Virus record (IMG/VR): IMGVR_UViG_3300027792_000002
Span: 617 to 64,616 of that record
Source of the DNA: a virus
Taxonomy: Duplodnaviria > Caudoviricetes
Length of the DNA stretch: 64,000 bases
Direction: 5' to 3' (one strand)
Shown: positions 48,091-56,538 of the stretch, piece after piece
Layout: every line of letters begins with the position of its first letter
Position numbering within the stretch: the first letter of the stretch is position 1
Program-made: the position numbers and the translations under genes
Notes under the pieces: generated by a model
What the model was told of the DNA's origin: nothing
The model's database searches: none
Seen by the model: the letters and a program-made list of their open reading frames with translations, nothing else

Positions 48091-49012
48091 GATCAGTATT
48101 AGACATCAATAGCCTTAATTTGTCGAATTGATATACAACGTCTATTATATTCCCAGAACCGCGTTTGTTTACAAGCCTCAATGCCCCATAATTATCATCG
48201 TAGCCATCGTTTTTCTCAAATAGGCTTGTTGTGATATAAAAATCAGAATTATCTATTATTTTCTCAGAACTCCTTACCATAGAACTTAAATCACGGTCTG
48301 TTTTTTTCCCACCTTTAGAAACATGGCACATCAGCAGAACAAGTATGTTCCATTTATTCGCCAAATCTTTTAGTTCCTTTGAGTGCCTTGAATAAAGTTC
48401 TGTTTCGCTTCCTTTACCTCCCATCCCGGCTATCCCATCTACTACCAATATATCAATAAATTTGCCTTGCCCTTTAAATTTTGTCAACAGTTTATCAAAG
48501 CTCTCTGCTTCCACGGATGTATTTTGCGTTATAAATAAATTATTTTTAAATGATGGGGCAAATTCTTCATCAAAAAATTTCTTTGCATCTATTTCTTTTG
48601 TCTTGTTGTTATGGTATTCGAGTTCAAAATGCGGGTTATAGTTGCCTATTGGTTCGCAAAACATATCTATAAGCCTGTTTATTATTTCTGTTGCCCCCAT
48701 TTCCATTGTAGAATACAAACAAGAACCAAACCTATTTATTATATTCTCGTAAGCAATATTTAATGCCAATAAGCTTTTTTTAGTGCCTCCATACCCAATT
48801 ATGGGGACTAATTTGCCCCTCAATTTGCCCTTAAACTCTTTGTTCCATTTTTCAAATAAAAGGCTTAACCTGTTGTTTTCTGGAAGGATTGATTTATACC
48901 ATTCATCAGACCATTGGCTGACATCCTTGCAGACTATATCGTCTTGGTATGGCTCTAATTTGTTGAACTCCTTGGAATCAATCTTAAACCCTTCTATAAA
49001 ATCTTCTATCAT
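48053..49012 (-). CDS. DnaB-like (SF4) helicase ATPase domain
   Basis: IGYGGTKKS Walker A variant, YSTMEM, LVVDG, LKDLANKWNILV, VNKRGSG. Confidence 0.8.
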   Translation of the reverse strand: MIEDFIEGFKIDSKEFNKLEPYQDDIVCKDVSQWSDEWYKSILPENNRLSLLFEKWNKEFKGKLRGKLVPIIGYGGTKKSLLALNIAYENIINRFGSCLYSTMEMGATEIINRLIDMFCEPIGNYNPHFELEYHNNKTKEIDAKKFFDEEFAPSFKNNLFITQNTSVEAESFDKLLTKFKGQGKFIDILVVDGIAGMGGKGSETELYSRHSKELKDLANKWNILVLLMCHVSKGGKKTDRDLSSMVRSSEKIIDNSDFYITTSLFEKNDGYDDNYGALRLVNKRGSGNIIDVVYQFDKLRLLMSNTDLEFKQFEHAKGL

Positions 49013-49644
49013 CTATTAATCCAATTATGCAATGTTTTGTTTAGGTTCGTATTTTTTTTATAGTATTTACCGTTTTCTATGTTTTCAACCATATCAATCA
49101 AGGATTTATTTTTTTTAGCTGCTTTATCAAGTAAGACTAAAAATTCATCAAATGTTATTTGTTTCATTGAAAGTACGCCATTCAACTTTATCCCTAATGT
49201 ATTTTCACCAAACAGTGTTTTTATGAATTTAATATAGTTTGGGTCGTTATTTGATTTTTGGATTTCTAAATTATAAAAATCTGAATATAAATAATTAGTT
49301 TCATTATCATTATCATTATCATTGTCGGGTTTTTTGGGTTTGTCTGGGTTTCCAAATATCCCATTGGGTTTTTTGGGTTTGTCTGGGTTTTTGGGTCGCC
49401 CACCTTTTAACCCATTGGTTTTATTGCGGTTGCATATATTTTCCCATATAACCAAGTCCCTTTTTAATTGTTGCTTTATTGGTTCAAAAGCAATTTGTAT
49501 TATCAAATCATCCACAATCGGATTCAAATCATTCACATATTCAAGTATTGTAACAAACAATTCCCCCGATTTTTCTTTTGGCAATTTTTTAACTGTATGG
49601 ATTAAATCAGTATATAAAAGAAATGATTTTTTATTTGTTGCCAT
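49009..49644 (-). CDS. Replication initiator (DUF6291-like N-terminus)
   Basis: KKSFLLYTD...GELF..ILEY...NGLKGGRPK, DNDNDN linker. Confidence 0.75.
   Translation of the reverse strand: MATNKKSFLLYTDLIHTVKKLPKEKSGELFVTILEYVNDLNPIVDDLIIQIAFEPIKQQLKRDLVIWENICNRNKTNGLKGGRPKNPDKPKKPNGIFGNPDKPKKPDNDNDNDNETNYLYSDFYNLEIQKSNNDPNYIKFIKTLFGENTLGIKLNGVLSMKQITFDEFLVLLDKAAKKNKSLIDMVENIENGKYYKKNTNLNKTLHNWINR
49301..49395. repeat. Iteron-like repeats within initiator gene (candidate origin)
   Basis: GGGTTTTTTGGGTTTGTCTGGGTTT at 49327 and 49366; adjacent TCATTA tandem and AT-rich tract. Confidence 0.5.
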
Positions 49645-49674
49645 GTTTACAATGTGTAATTTTTGATAAAAAAA

Positions 49675-49857
49675 TTAATCTTCTTTAAACCCAAGGCGTT
49701 TTATAGCCATCATATCATGGATTGAAAATATGTTTGAATTTAGTTTATTGCTCCATGATTGCCTTGTGATGCCTATTTCTCTTGAGATTCTCTGCCCAGT
49801 TATTTTGTTCCTGTGCATCCAAATTATTATCTTTTCGTTTGTTTTTTCAACCTTCAT
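49675..49857 (-). CDS. Cro-like HTH protein
   Basis: ITGQRISREIGITRQSWSNKL. Confidence 0.7.
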   Translation of the reverse strand: MKVEKTNEKIIIWMHRNKITGQRISREIGITRQSWSNKLNSNIFSIHDMMAIKRLGFKED

Positions 49858-50128
49858 ATTTACAATGTTATTTTTTAGTCCAAAAATACCCGAATATTCG
49901 CATACCCGGATACTTTTTATTTTTATAACAACTTCAACAAATGCAATCCAAAACTAATCAATTAATTTGAATAATTCAATATTATTTCCGTTTTTTATTT
50001 TTGTCGGTGCATTTTATTTTCGGGTTATCCTTGTAAAAGTATCTCATCAAACAATCTTGCTTCCTGCTGCAATCGCTGCACTGGTTAAATCTTACCACCA
50101 TTTTTTATGTTTTTTCTAAATCAATTGA

Positions 50129-50785
50129 TTATTTCCAAGGATTTTCCCATTTTCGTTCAATCAATAATCCTTCAAATTTATTTTTCCAGTATTCTTTGTA
50201 CGTTTCAAAATAAATAGCATCGGCTCGGCAGATGTTGTTTTTCCTGATGTATAATTCATCTATTTGTTCTTTGCCATGCTTTTTTTCAAGGAATACGCGC
50301 ATCAAATCTTGGCATCCCCCTTTGTAATTGTTGCACTCCGAACATTGAGGGGCTGCGTTTATAAAATCAAGGGCTACCGAATAATGGGTCTTAGTGCCGT
50401 CAAAAACCTTTATTAAATGACCGCAATGTGATTTTTTTGATTTGAGCAAAAGAGGCTTCCCGCAGGTGGAACAAAATACCATAACCCCGTCTGGGGAATA
50501 AAACAATAAAACATACCTTGAAAAGTAATACCATGTTGTCGAGCCATAAAACGTTTCTGATGCTGTTTTTTTGCCTTTTGAGGCACTCTTGCCAAAAGTG
50601 GCATTATCCCCAGATTTAAACTTATTCTGCTTATTTTGCCCTGCTTGTGCCGATCTAGCGAGTAATTTTTTATTGTCTTTGATTCTCTTGCACGATGGAC
50701 ACTCTTTGTCCCGGATAGTGGAGTTGAACCTAAGAGGTATTTCCCTGCCGCAATGACAAAATTTATATGTTGTTTCTTTTTTCAA
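50129..50785 (-). CDS. ninG: NinG/Rap-like recombination nuclease
   Basis: FSRYV, CSTCGK, HCGHLI, NAAPQCSECNNYKGG. Confidence 0.8.
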   Translation of the reverse strand: MKKETTYKFCHCGREIPLRFNSTIRDKECPSCKRIKDNKKLLARSAQAGQNKQNKFKSGDNATFGKSASKGKKTASETFYGSTTWYYFSRYVLLFYSPDGVMVFCSTCGKPLLLKSKKSHCGHLIKVFDGTKTHYSVALDFINAAPQCSECNNYKGGCQDLMRVFLEKKHGKEQIDELYIRKNNICRADAIYFETYKEYWKNKFEGLLIERKWENPWK

Positions 50786-51009
50786 TTTGCAACCTTCCCT
50801 AATACATTAACACAATTTTCTTTTATCCATTTTTTAGTCCTATACTTCCCGTTGCAGAAGTAACAAAAACTGCCCCCTATTAATTGTTCCTTTAGTTTTC
50901 TTTCTAATAGGGTAAATACCTGATTATCAATAGAAATATAAATATCAAAGCACATAAATTTAACATATTTTTCAGAATTTTCAAAAATTTCTTTTTTTGT
51001 TAATAGCAT
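50782..51009 (-). CDS. Hypothetical protein at left flank of array C
   Basis: 75-aa ORF coupled to ninG. Confidence 0.55.
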   Translation of the reverse strand: MLLTKKEIFENSEKYVKFMCFDIYISIDNQVFTLLERKLKEQLIGGSFCYFCNGKYRTKKWIKENCVNVLGKVAN

Positions 51010-51058
51010 AAATGTTTAATTATTAATTATTTAATCTATAAAGTAAATTTACATATTG

Positions 51059-51400
51059 TTATAGCCAATTAAAAGGAACGTCTAAATAATTTTGATTGTT
51101 ATTTAACCAAAATAAATAGTCCTTTGTTATTTCTGTTTCATAAATAGAATCAATAATTTCATTAGCTTCGTAATATTTATACATTTTAGGGTCACAAGAA
51201 TTTCCTCCACAATATTTTACAACAAGAATTTTATTTTTTTCTTGTTTAAATTTTTCATATCTATTCCATAGCATATCTTTAATATTATGCTCTGAAACTT
51301 CCATAAAACTTAACGCATGATTTATTCTATCTATTTCGTTTTTCAACTTTAATCTTTCAGCGTATAATTCTTCACGTTTTAATTCATAATAATTTTTCAT
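51059..51400 (-). CDS. Hypothetical cassette protein
   Basis: 113 aa; stop in GTTA box. Confidence 0.7.
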   Translation of the reverse strand: MKNYYELKREELYAERLKLKNEIDRINHALSFMEVSEHNIKDMLWNRYEKFKQEKNKILVVKYCGGNSCDPKMYKYYEANEIIDSIYETEITKDYLFWLNNNQNYLDVPFNWL

Positions 51401-51418
51401 AATTGAATAATTAACTGG

Positions 51419-51511
51419 CTATAACAATCAATATAAAACAGTTGCCAGAAAACTGCATCATATTTTGAAACATCTTACAAGGCAACCGTTTCATATTGCC
51501 GACCGTTAGTA
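51419..51511 (+). repeat. attC-like site C1 (93 bp)
   Basis: CTATAAC-caatataaaacagttgcc...ggcaaccgtttcatattg-ccgaCCGTTAGT. Confidence 0.75.
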
Positions 51512-51559
51512 GCAAGGCAAAGACGCTCCGAATGAACGTCCGTGCCAAGCATTAAGATT

Positions 51560-51682
51560 TTAGTCTGTGATAATTGACAATTGTCCACAGGCTGCACCGT
51601 TTTCAATCTCACTTTGAGTTGCTACGGCAACGGCAAAATCATAACCGTTTTCTTCTAATTGACTTTTAATTTGTTCAGTCAT
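51560..51682 (-). CDS. 40-aa peptide equivalent to RlmN/Cfr C-terminus (GAACGQL)
   Basis: MTEQIKSQLEENGYDFAVAVATQSEIENGAACGQLSIITD, translated by hand. Confidence 0.7.
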   Translation of the reverse strand: MTEQIKSQLEENGYDFAVAVATQSEIENGAACGQLSIITD

Positions 51683-51693
51683 TGCTTTATGTA

Positions 51694-52476
51694 TTAAATT
51701 AAATTAATTCCCTCTACTACTCCACTTCCAAGCCCATTCTTTTCAGAAGTAGTATTCGGGTTTATTGGGCTTATTTTTATGAAAAATTTATCCTTATCGA
51801 AATACTGTTTAATCTTTTCAATATCAAAGTCTTTTTCTTCTACCAAAGTTAAATTTATGGTAGTTTTCAAATTGCTTTCGGTTCTTACATTTCCAAGTTG
51901 CTCAATGGTCATTTTATTTTTGTAAGGTATTAGCCAATTCCTATGCTCTTCATCTAAGCTATGCAAAGAAAGTTGCAGCGTTACATTGTCTTTTATCCAA
52001 GTAAAATCGGCATCTTTCAAACCAATAGTTGAAATGTAGTGGTGTGTATTTGGGTAGTGTTGGCTTATTTTTTCAATTGCCTTTTTAACGTTTTCAATAT
52101 TTAAAAACGGCTCTCCCATTCGAGTATAGTTTATTTTAAATTCTTTACTATTCAATGGGTTTATGTTGTTTTTAGCAATTATAAACTCAACTTGTGTTGT
52201 AATTTCTTGCCAAGTCAAATTACGCCAACTTTTCATTTGTCCAGTTGCACAAAACTTGCATCTTACAGGGCAACCACTCATTACACTTACCCCAATCATC
52301 CAACGTTCTGAACGGTCGCTTAATTCGTAGTTCTCGAGCATATTTTGTTTTCTACCTATTGCATCTTTTGTATAAAAAGGCAAAAAGGTATCAGTAGTTT
52401 CAATCAACATTCCGTCCTCTAATTCGAGGCAATAAACTCTACCGTTTTTAAAGTTCTTTTGTTTTTTAATTTTCAT
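51694..52476 (-). CDS. RlmN/Cfr-like radical SAM protein lacking C-terminal segment
   Basis: SVMSGCPVRCKFCATG, MGEPFLN, ISTIG, LQLSLHS. Confidence 0.85.
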   Translation of the reverse strand: MKIKKQKNFKNGRVYCLELEDGMLIETTDTFLPFYTKDAIGRKQNMLENYELSDRSERWMIGVSVMSGCPVRCKFCATGQMKSWRNLTWQEITTQVEFIIAKNNINPLNSKEFKINYTRMGEPFLNIENVKKAIEKISQHYPNTHHYISTIGLKDADFTWIKDNVTLQLSLHSLDEEHRNWLIPYKNKMTIEQLGNVRTESNLKTTINLTLVEEKDFDIEKIKQYFDKDKFFIKISPINPNTTSEKNGLGSGVVEGINLI

Positions 52477-52509
52477 TGTATAAATATTTTAAGATTAAAA
52501 ATGCCCAGC

Positions 52510-52638
52510 TACTAACACCGTATATAAGTAATTGGGGTTTAGCTTGTTAATTAATCATTCTGCCACGTATTTAGGTCTGTATATTTTGATAGGTTCGCTC
52601 TTCGCATTCCCCAACTACTCATATACGAACCGTTACCG
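52510..52638 (+). repeat. attC-like site C2 (129 bp)
   Basis: ACTAAC-cgtatataagtaattgggg...ccccaactactcatatacg-aaCCGTTACC. Confidence 0.78.
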
Positions 52639-52642
52639 CCAA

Positions 52643-52984
52643 TTAAAACGAAATCTGAAACATTATCCCCTTTTCGTCTTTGATTAGGTCAGGTCTATCT
52701 GTTGCCCATAAACCAACTGTTGTATCCTTGTGATGTTCAAGTTTTTTGATATATCCAATATCTTTTAAATATTGTAAATATTCTTCTTTTGAGTTTACAT
52801 TATCAGGAATATAATATTTCTGGTTTTCATTTTCAATAGGGTCAGGTACAAATACCCATTGCTTTCTGTAATTATTTTCTTTTGAGTCAGAAAATTCATA
52901 CATAAATCCACCTTCTACTCTCATTTTTCTAAAAAGAAATTTTCCTGAATCTTCGTGTACATCAATAATTTTGTGTAATTCCAT
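52643..52984 (-). CDS. Hypothetical cassette protein
   Basis: RKMRVEGGFMY...VFVP. Confidence 0.7.
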   Translation of the reverse strand: MELHKIIDVHEDSGKFLFRKMRVEGGFMYEFSDSKENNYRKQWVFVPDPIENENQKYYIPDNVNSKEEYLQYLKDIGYIKKLEHHKDTTVGLWATDRPDLIKDEKGIMFQISF

Positions 52985-53004
52985 TTTGATTAAAAATTAA
53001 CTGG

Positions 53005-53096
53005 CGGTAACAACAGCTATATGTTATTGCCGTCAAAGTTTAGTGTTGTTTTGAAAGTTTATCGTTTGGCAACAACACATAGCCAAAACGTTAAGT
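53005..53096 (+). repeat. attC-like site C3 (92 bp)
   Basis: GGTAAC-gctatatgttattgcc...ggcaacaacacatagc-caaaaCGTTAAG. Confidence 0.75.
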
Positions 53097-53249
53097 GCAA
53101 CTCCGCTGTCGCTGCGTTGCACTTAACGGACTCCCGGCAAGCCGGTGCCAAGCTCCGCTCCGCTCCACTTAACACCCGGTTGGTGCAATCCAGCCAAGAC
53201 TGAGCCGGCTCACGGGGCTGGACAGACACCAACCGGGAGCCCGTTATGC
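53090..53249 (+). mobile_element. Second family of GC-rich ORF-less cassette plus attC-like site C4
   Basis: GTTAAGTGCAAC...GTTGCACTTAAC, second CACTTAAC, CCCGGTTGGTG...CACCAACCGGG. Confidence 0.7.
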
Positions 53250-53255
53250 ACAAGT

Positions 53256-53570
53256 TTAAGAAGCTACCCATATCTGCGATGGTCTTTCAAATTCTTTGCA
53301 TCCTACATTTGCATCGGTATGATAATCATTTGTCTTATCGTTGTTCGGTTTATTTTCACATCTAATTGCATAATGAACTTGACACCCTGCAATTATTACA
53401 TGATTATTTTCACTACCAACTTTTGCAAACCAGTTAGAGCTATTCCTATTGGTTTTTAAACCAAGAAATGTATCTTCAATTATTTCAACTTCACCCCAAA
53501 CAGCTCTATATTGTTTACCATCGGGGGCTAAAAACCAAGCATCTGTTGTTATTAAATATTTTCCTTTCAT
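53256..53570 (-). CDS. Hypothetical cassette protein
   Basis: MKGKYLITTDAWFLAPDGKQYRAVWG. Confidence 0.75.
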   Translation of the reverse strand: MKGKYLITTDAWFLAPDGKQYRAVWGEVEIIEDTFLGLKTNRNSSNWFAKVGSENNHVIIAGCQVHYAIRCENKPNNDKTNDYHTDANVGCKEFERPSQIWVAS

Positions 53571-53608
53571 ATTGTTTATTTTTAAATGATTACTAAAAAA
53601 AACCCTGT

Positions 53609-53703
53609 GCATAACCGCACCTATAAGCAAGTTTGCGGACAGGGTTTCTGTAACTTGACACATGCTGCAACGCAAACCTGCTCATAGCTGCAACACGTTA
53701 GCG
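53609..53703 (+). repeat. attC-like site C5 (95 bp)
   Basis: GCATAAC-ctataagcaagtttgcg...cgcaaacctgctcatag-..aCGTTAGC. Confidence 0.75.
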
Positions 53704-53709
53704 TTCATG

Positions 53710-53868
53710 CTAAAGAGACAACCCATTAGATTCTTTGAACGCTTTTTCTTGTTGATAAATTGACTCCCAATATTCGGTTTCCTTAAAATCGTTTCCCCAA
53801 ATAAATAGTTTCCATCCCATTGATGCTATTTTCATTTTTAATACTGTAATAATTGATAATTTGCCCAT
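53710..53868 (-). CDS. Small hypothetical cassette protein
   Basis: ORF from MGKLSII. Confidence 0.6.
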   Translation of the reverse strand: MGKLSIITVLKMKIASMGWKLFIWGNDFKETEYWESIYQQEKAFKESNGLSL

Positions 53869-53914
53869 TTTGTTTCTATTTTTAAAAGTTATTAATCTGA
53901 AATAAAGCACGAAA

Positions 53915-54044
53915 CGCTAACAATGTGTATCATCAATAAGGGTTTCAGTGCAATTAGTAAGGTCTGTAATCCGCTCAAACGTTGGTATAATTCGATTGGA
54001 ACTGCCACGCAATCCCTTACTGAATGATACACCAACCGTTAGCA
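53915..54044 (+). repeat. attC-like site C6 (130 bp)
   Basis: GCTAAC-gtgtatcatcaataaggg...cccttactgaatgatacac-caaCCGTTAGC. Confidence 0.78.
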
Positions 54045-54049
54045 GTAAT

Positions 54050-54283
54050 TTAGGATTGTGTTCCAAAATCAAGGCTGTCAACTTTCTTTTTTAATTCCTC
54101 ATCTTTACCCATCCAAGCAAAGGCAATATCATAATAGGTATCTAAATCCCAGCCTTTCAACTGTGGGTTTTTAAGTTTAGCGTGTTCTTCCAATTTGTCG
54201 ATTAGTGAATAAAAACTACTGCTAACATCACCTATACCAAATTTGGCAGCGTGTGCAGTTCTGATTTTTTTTACCTTATCCAT
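54050..54283 (-). CDS. Cassette protein starting inside attC-like loop
   Basis: AAKFGIGDVSSS encoded by the attC arm. Confidence 0.65.
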   Translation of the reverse strand: MDKVKKIRTAHAAKFGIGDVSSSFYSLIDKLEEHAKLKNPQLKGWDLDTYYDIAFAWMGKDEELKKKVDSLDFGTQS

Positions 54284-54351
54284 AGTTTTGTATGTATTTG
54301 ATTATTAATTTCTTTTAAAGCCAAACTTGGCATAGCTGAGTACCGTTGTGT
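54220..54351 (+). repeat. attC-like site C7 (132 bp)
   Basis: GCTAAC-ctataccaaatttggc...gccaaacttggcatag-..aCCGTTGTG. Confidence 0.75.
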
Positions 54352-54401
54352 GCAATAGCCTTTCTTCGTAGCAAGGTTAGTGCTTAATAAATCTTTTTGT
54401 T

Positions 54402-54563
54402 TTATTTTTTGCCAACGCTCTTTGGCTTTTTCAAAGCCATTAAGTATGAATCCACCAAATACTCAACGAACGAACTAAACGAACGGCGTTCTTTTACCGC
54501 CTGTTCTTCCCCTGCTTTTGCAATATCCTCGTCAATTGTAATGCTTTTGTTTATTTTTCCCAT
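54402..54563 (-). CDS. Ribbon-helix-helix (CopG/Arc-like) protein
   Basis: KSITIDEDIAKAGEEQAVKERRSFSSFVEYLV. Confidence 0.7.
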   Translation of the reverse strand: MGKINKSITIDEDIAKAGEEQAVKERRSFSSFVEYLVDSYLMALKKPKSVGKK

Positions 54564-54759
54564 TTCAGTATATAATAAAAAAGGCTGCCGATGCAGCCCT
54601 GTACAAAACATTGAGTTAATTAACTACCACTCTAAAAACTTTTTCAGGGGTTTAAAAGAACTTTACACTTTGCATTTTAATCTTTAAAGCGTAAGAACTT
54701 TTAATTTTAACCTTTGCACTTTGAACGTTAATCTTTAAACTTTTCGGTTTTTTTACTTT

Positions 54760-54859
54760 TGCTCTAACCAACTGAGCTAACAAACCCGAAGATTTGTGAA
54801 GGACTTGAACCTCCGACCTCTCGATTAGCAATCGAAGTAACCCACATTTCGCTACCACC
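54760..54859 (-). ncRNA. Permuted tRNA-like RNA (Y RNA/YrlA-like); 3' end uncertain
   Basis: GUAGCGA..GUUACUUC leader, anticodon-like arm, GGAGG-UUCAAGU-CCUUC T arm, acceptor closed by UUCG, then UAGCUCAGUUGGUUAGAGC D arm. Confidence 0.65.
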
Positions 54860-54866
54860 AAGAATT

Positions 54867-54933
54867 TTGCAAGGGAAAAATGAACAATGTGTATTTTCAT
54901 CCAAAGAAGTAACATTATTCTCGCCACTCGCAA
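54867..54933 (-). ncRNA. Short Y RNA-like stem without tRNA domain
   Basis: GUGGCGA..GUUACUUC leader; ends pair (UUGCGAG/CUUGCAA, GAAUAAUGU/ACAUUGUUC). Confidence 0.45.
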
Positions 54934-54941
54934 TATTTTAA

Positions 54942-55071
54942 AAAAGCAGAGTAAATTTAACAGGGAGCTTTATTATTTTGCTCTACCAACTGAGCTACTT
55001 TCCGAAGAAAGAAAGGGTTCGAACCTTCGACACAAATATCTGTGAAGTAACCCTATTATCGCTACTGCTTT
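54942..55071 (-). ncRNA. Permuted tRNA-like RNA (Y RNA/YrlA-like)
   Basis: Ends pair (AAAGCAG/CUGCUUU, AUAGGG/CCCUGU); T arm GAAGG-UUCGAAC-CCUUU, CUUUC-UUCG-GAAAG, D arm UAGCUCAGUUGGUAGAGC. Confidence 0.68.
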
Positions 55072-55220
55072 TTATTTTTCTCAAAGAACTTTATTATAAT
55101 GTACCGCACAAAAGAAGAAATTGTTGTAAACCCGTGAGCCTTCATATCTTTTTTTAGTCTATCGTACCATTCTTGCTCAATAAATAAGTGAAATCTTCTC
55201 ATACTGCTTTTGTGTGTCAT
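55062..55220 (-). CDS. Second RHH-like protein (52 aa, not in ORF track)
   Basis: MTHKSSMRRFHLFIEQEWYDRLKKDMKAHGFTTISSFVRYIII. Confidence 0.55.
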   Translation of the reverse strand: MTHKSSMRRFHLFIEQEWYDRLKKDMKAHGFTTISSFVRYIIIKFFEKNKKQ

Positions 55221-55228
55221 TCATGGTA

Positions 55229-55262
55229 CAAATATACACATTTATTTTAATATCCAAACAAA
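55229..55262 (-). promoter_or_regulatory. Bacteroidota-type promoter inside cassette C8
   Basis: TTTG...TATATTTG on minus strand just before RHH ATG. Confidence 0.55.
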
Positions 55263-55348
55263 AACAAATAAAAAAAATGCCCTCCCTAAAAAATATTAAA
55301 AATTTGTTTCGTACTCGTATCAAATTTGTGGGATAAAAAACAGCCAGC

Positions 55349-55477
55349 GTACAACCCAACCTATAACCAATAAAGGTTTTAGTGGTTAATCCAAAGTTGC
55401 AGCTCGCATCAGCTTTTGTGTATTTTGATAGGCACGAAGCCCGTAATCCTTTACTGGTCATAGCTTCAACGTTGTAA
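55349..55477 (+). repeat. attC-like site C8 (129 bp)
   Basis: GTACAAC-ctataaccaataaagg...cctttactggtcatag-cttcaaCGTTGTA. Confidence 0.75.
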
Positions 55478-55518
55478 CCAATGCTAATCGCTTTGTTGAA
55501 ACGACTAGCACTGAGATT

Positions 55519-55845
55519 TTAGTTAATTTCTATGCAATCAGATTTACGATTAATCATATAATCAGGATCTACTATTTTATCATTCATGTGTTCATATCTC
55601 CATTGCAATGTATTGATCATTTCCGAGTCGTTCTTATGAGTAGATTTATATGTCTGTGTAATTGGGACTTCATGTCCATTTACAAAAACAGTATAAGCAC
55701 TTCCGATTGATTTAATTATTATTGAATCGTTCACTATAAATTCATTACAATTTTTTGGATTTACATATCCTGAATTGACCCATTTTTGACCTTTACTACA
55801 GGACAATAGGCATACTACCATTGTTAAAAACATTAATTTTTTCAT
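55519..55845 (-). CDS. Putative lipoprotein (cassette)
   Basis: MKKLMFLTMVVCLLSC lipobox. Confidence 0.7.
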   Translation of the reverse strand: MKKLMFLTMVVCLLSCSKGQKWVNSGYVNPKNCNEFIVNDSIIIKSIGSAYTVFVNGHEVPITQTYKSTHKNDSEMINTLQWRYEHMNDKIVDPDYMINRKSDCIEIN

Positions 55846-55900
55846 CTTGTGTAATTTTTAAATATTTGACAATTAATTATTTGACTAATAAAGCACTAGG

Positions 55901-56030
55901 TTACAACTTTAGCTAACCCGCAAGTCAGGCAACCGTGGTTTCCGAGCATTGCAGCCCGTATTAACTTTTGCTCTGACAGGAAAGGTGTGAGCCTCGCACC
56001 CTGCCCTGCGTGTAGCCATCAGCGTTGTGC
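55901..56030 (+). repeat. attC-like site C9 (130 bp)
   Basis: TTACAAC-gctaacccgca...tgcgtgtagc-catcagCGTTGTG. Confidence 0.7.
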
Positions 56031-56031
56031 C

Positions 56032-56457
56032 TCATGCAAGGATAGCACCGTGCATAATGACAAAGTATAGTTTATTTGGTTCTGCTCCCCATTCAGGGTT
56101 GCCTGTTCTGATTTCAATTCCTTTATGTTTAAGTTTTAAAATACGTTCTGAATCGGTTGATTTTGGATAACCTAAAGTCATTACGTTTATATCAAACTTT
56201 TTACTGTGATTTTTAACTAAGTAATTTTGGTCAATATGTTTTAAAATACCATCAATGGCATCCTGTTCAATCGGATAAATTGCATTATATCGCTCTGACA
56301 TTAGTCTTTTAATCCAATAATGATTAACTTCCCGATAGTCCTCTCTCTTTATTCCTGCTTTTGTCATTTCAAACCATTTAGTTTTTAAAGATAAATGCAG
56401 GCACGAAGGCATAACACTATGTTTATGCAATTGGGGGTTTTGTTCGTTATTCATCAT
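56032..56457 (-). CDS. ASCH/PUA-like domain protein starting in attC-like loop
   Basis: LHLSLKTKWFEMTKAGIKREDYRE..YW..RL; GNPEWGAEP. Confidence 0.75.
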   Translation of the reverse strand: MMNNEQNPQLHKHSVMPSCLHLSLKTKWFEMTKAGIKREDYREVNHYWIKRLMSERYNAIYPIEQDAIDGILKHIDQNYLVKNHSKKFDINVMTLGYPKSTDSERILKLKHKGIEIRTGNPEWGAEPNKLYFVIMHGAILA

Positions 56458-56538
56458 TGTATCAATTTATTAAGTTACTACTATTTTGACAGTGCAGTGG
56501 TTTCTACTCCCCAACTGCACAAACATTTAACGTTATAA
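56409..56538 (+). repeat. attC-like site C10 (130 bp)
   Basis: GCATAAC-atgtttatgcaattgggg...ccccaactgcacaaacat-ttaaCGTTATA. Confidence 0.78.

Noticed and set aside
54760-55071. Canonical tRNA genes
   Set aside because: Arm order is permuted, the acceptor stem is loop-closed, and there is no CCA end.
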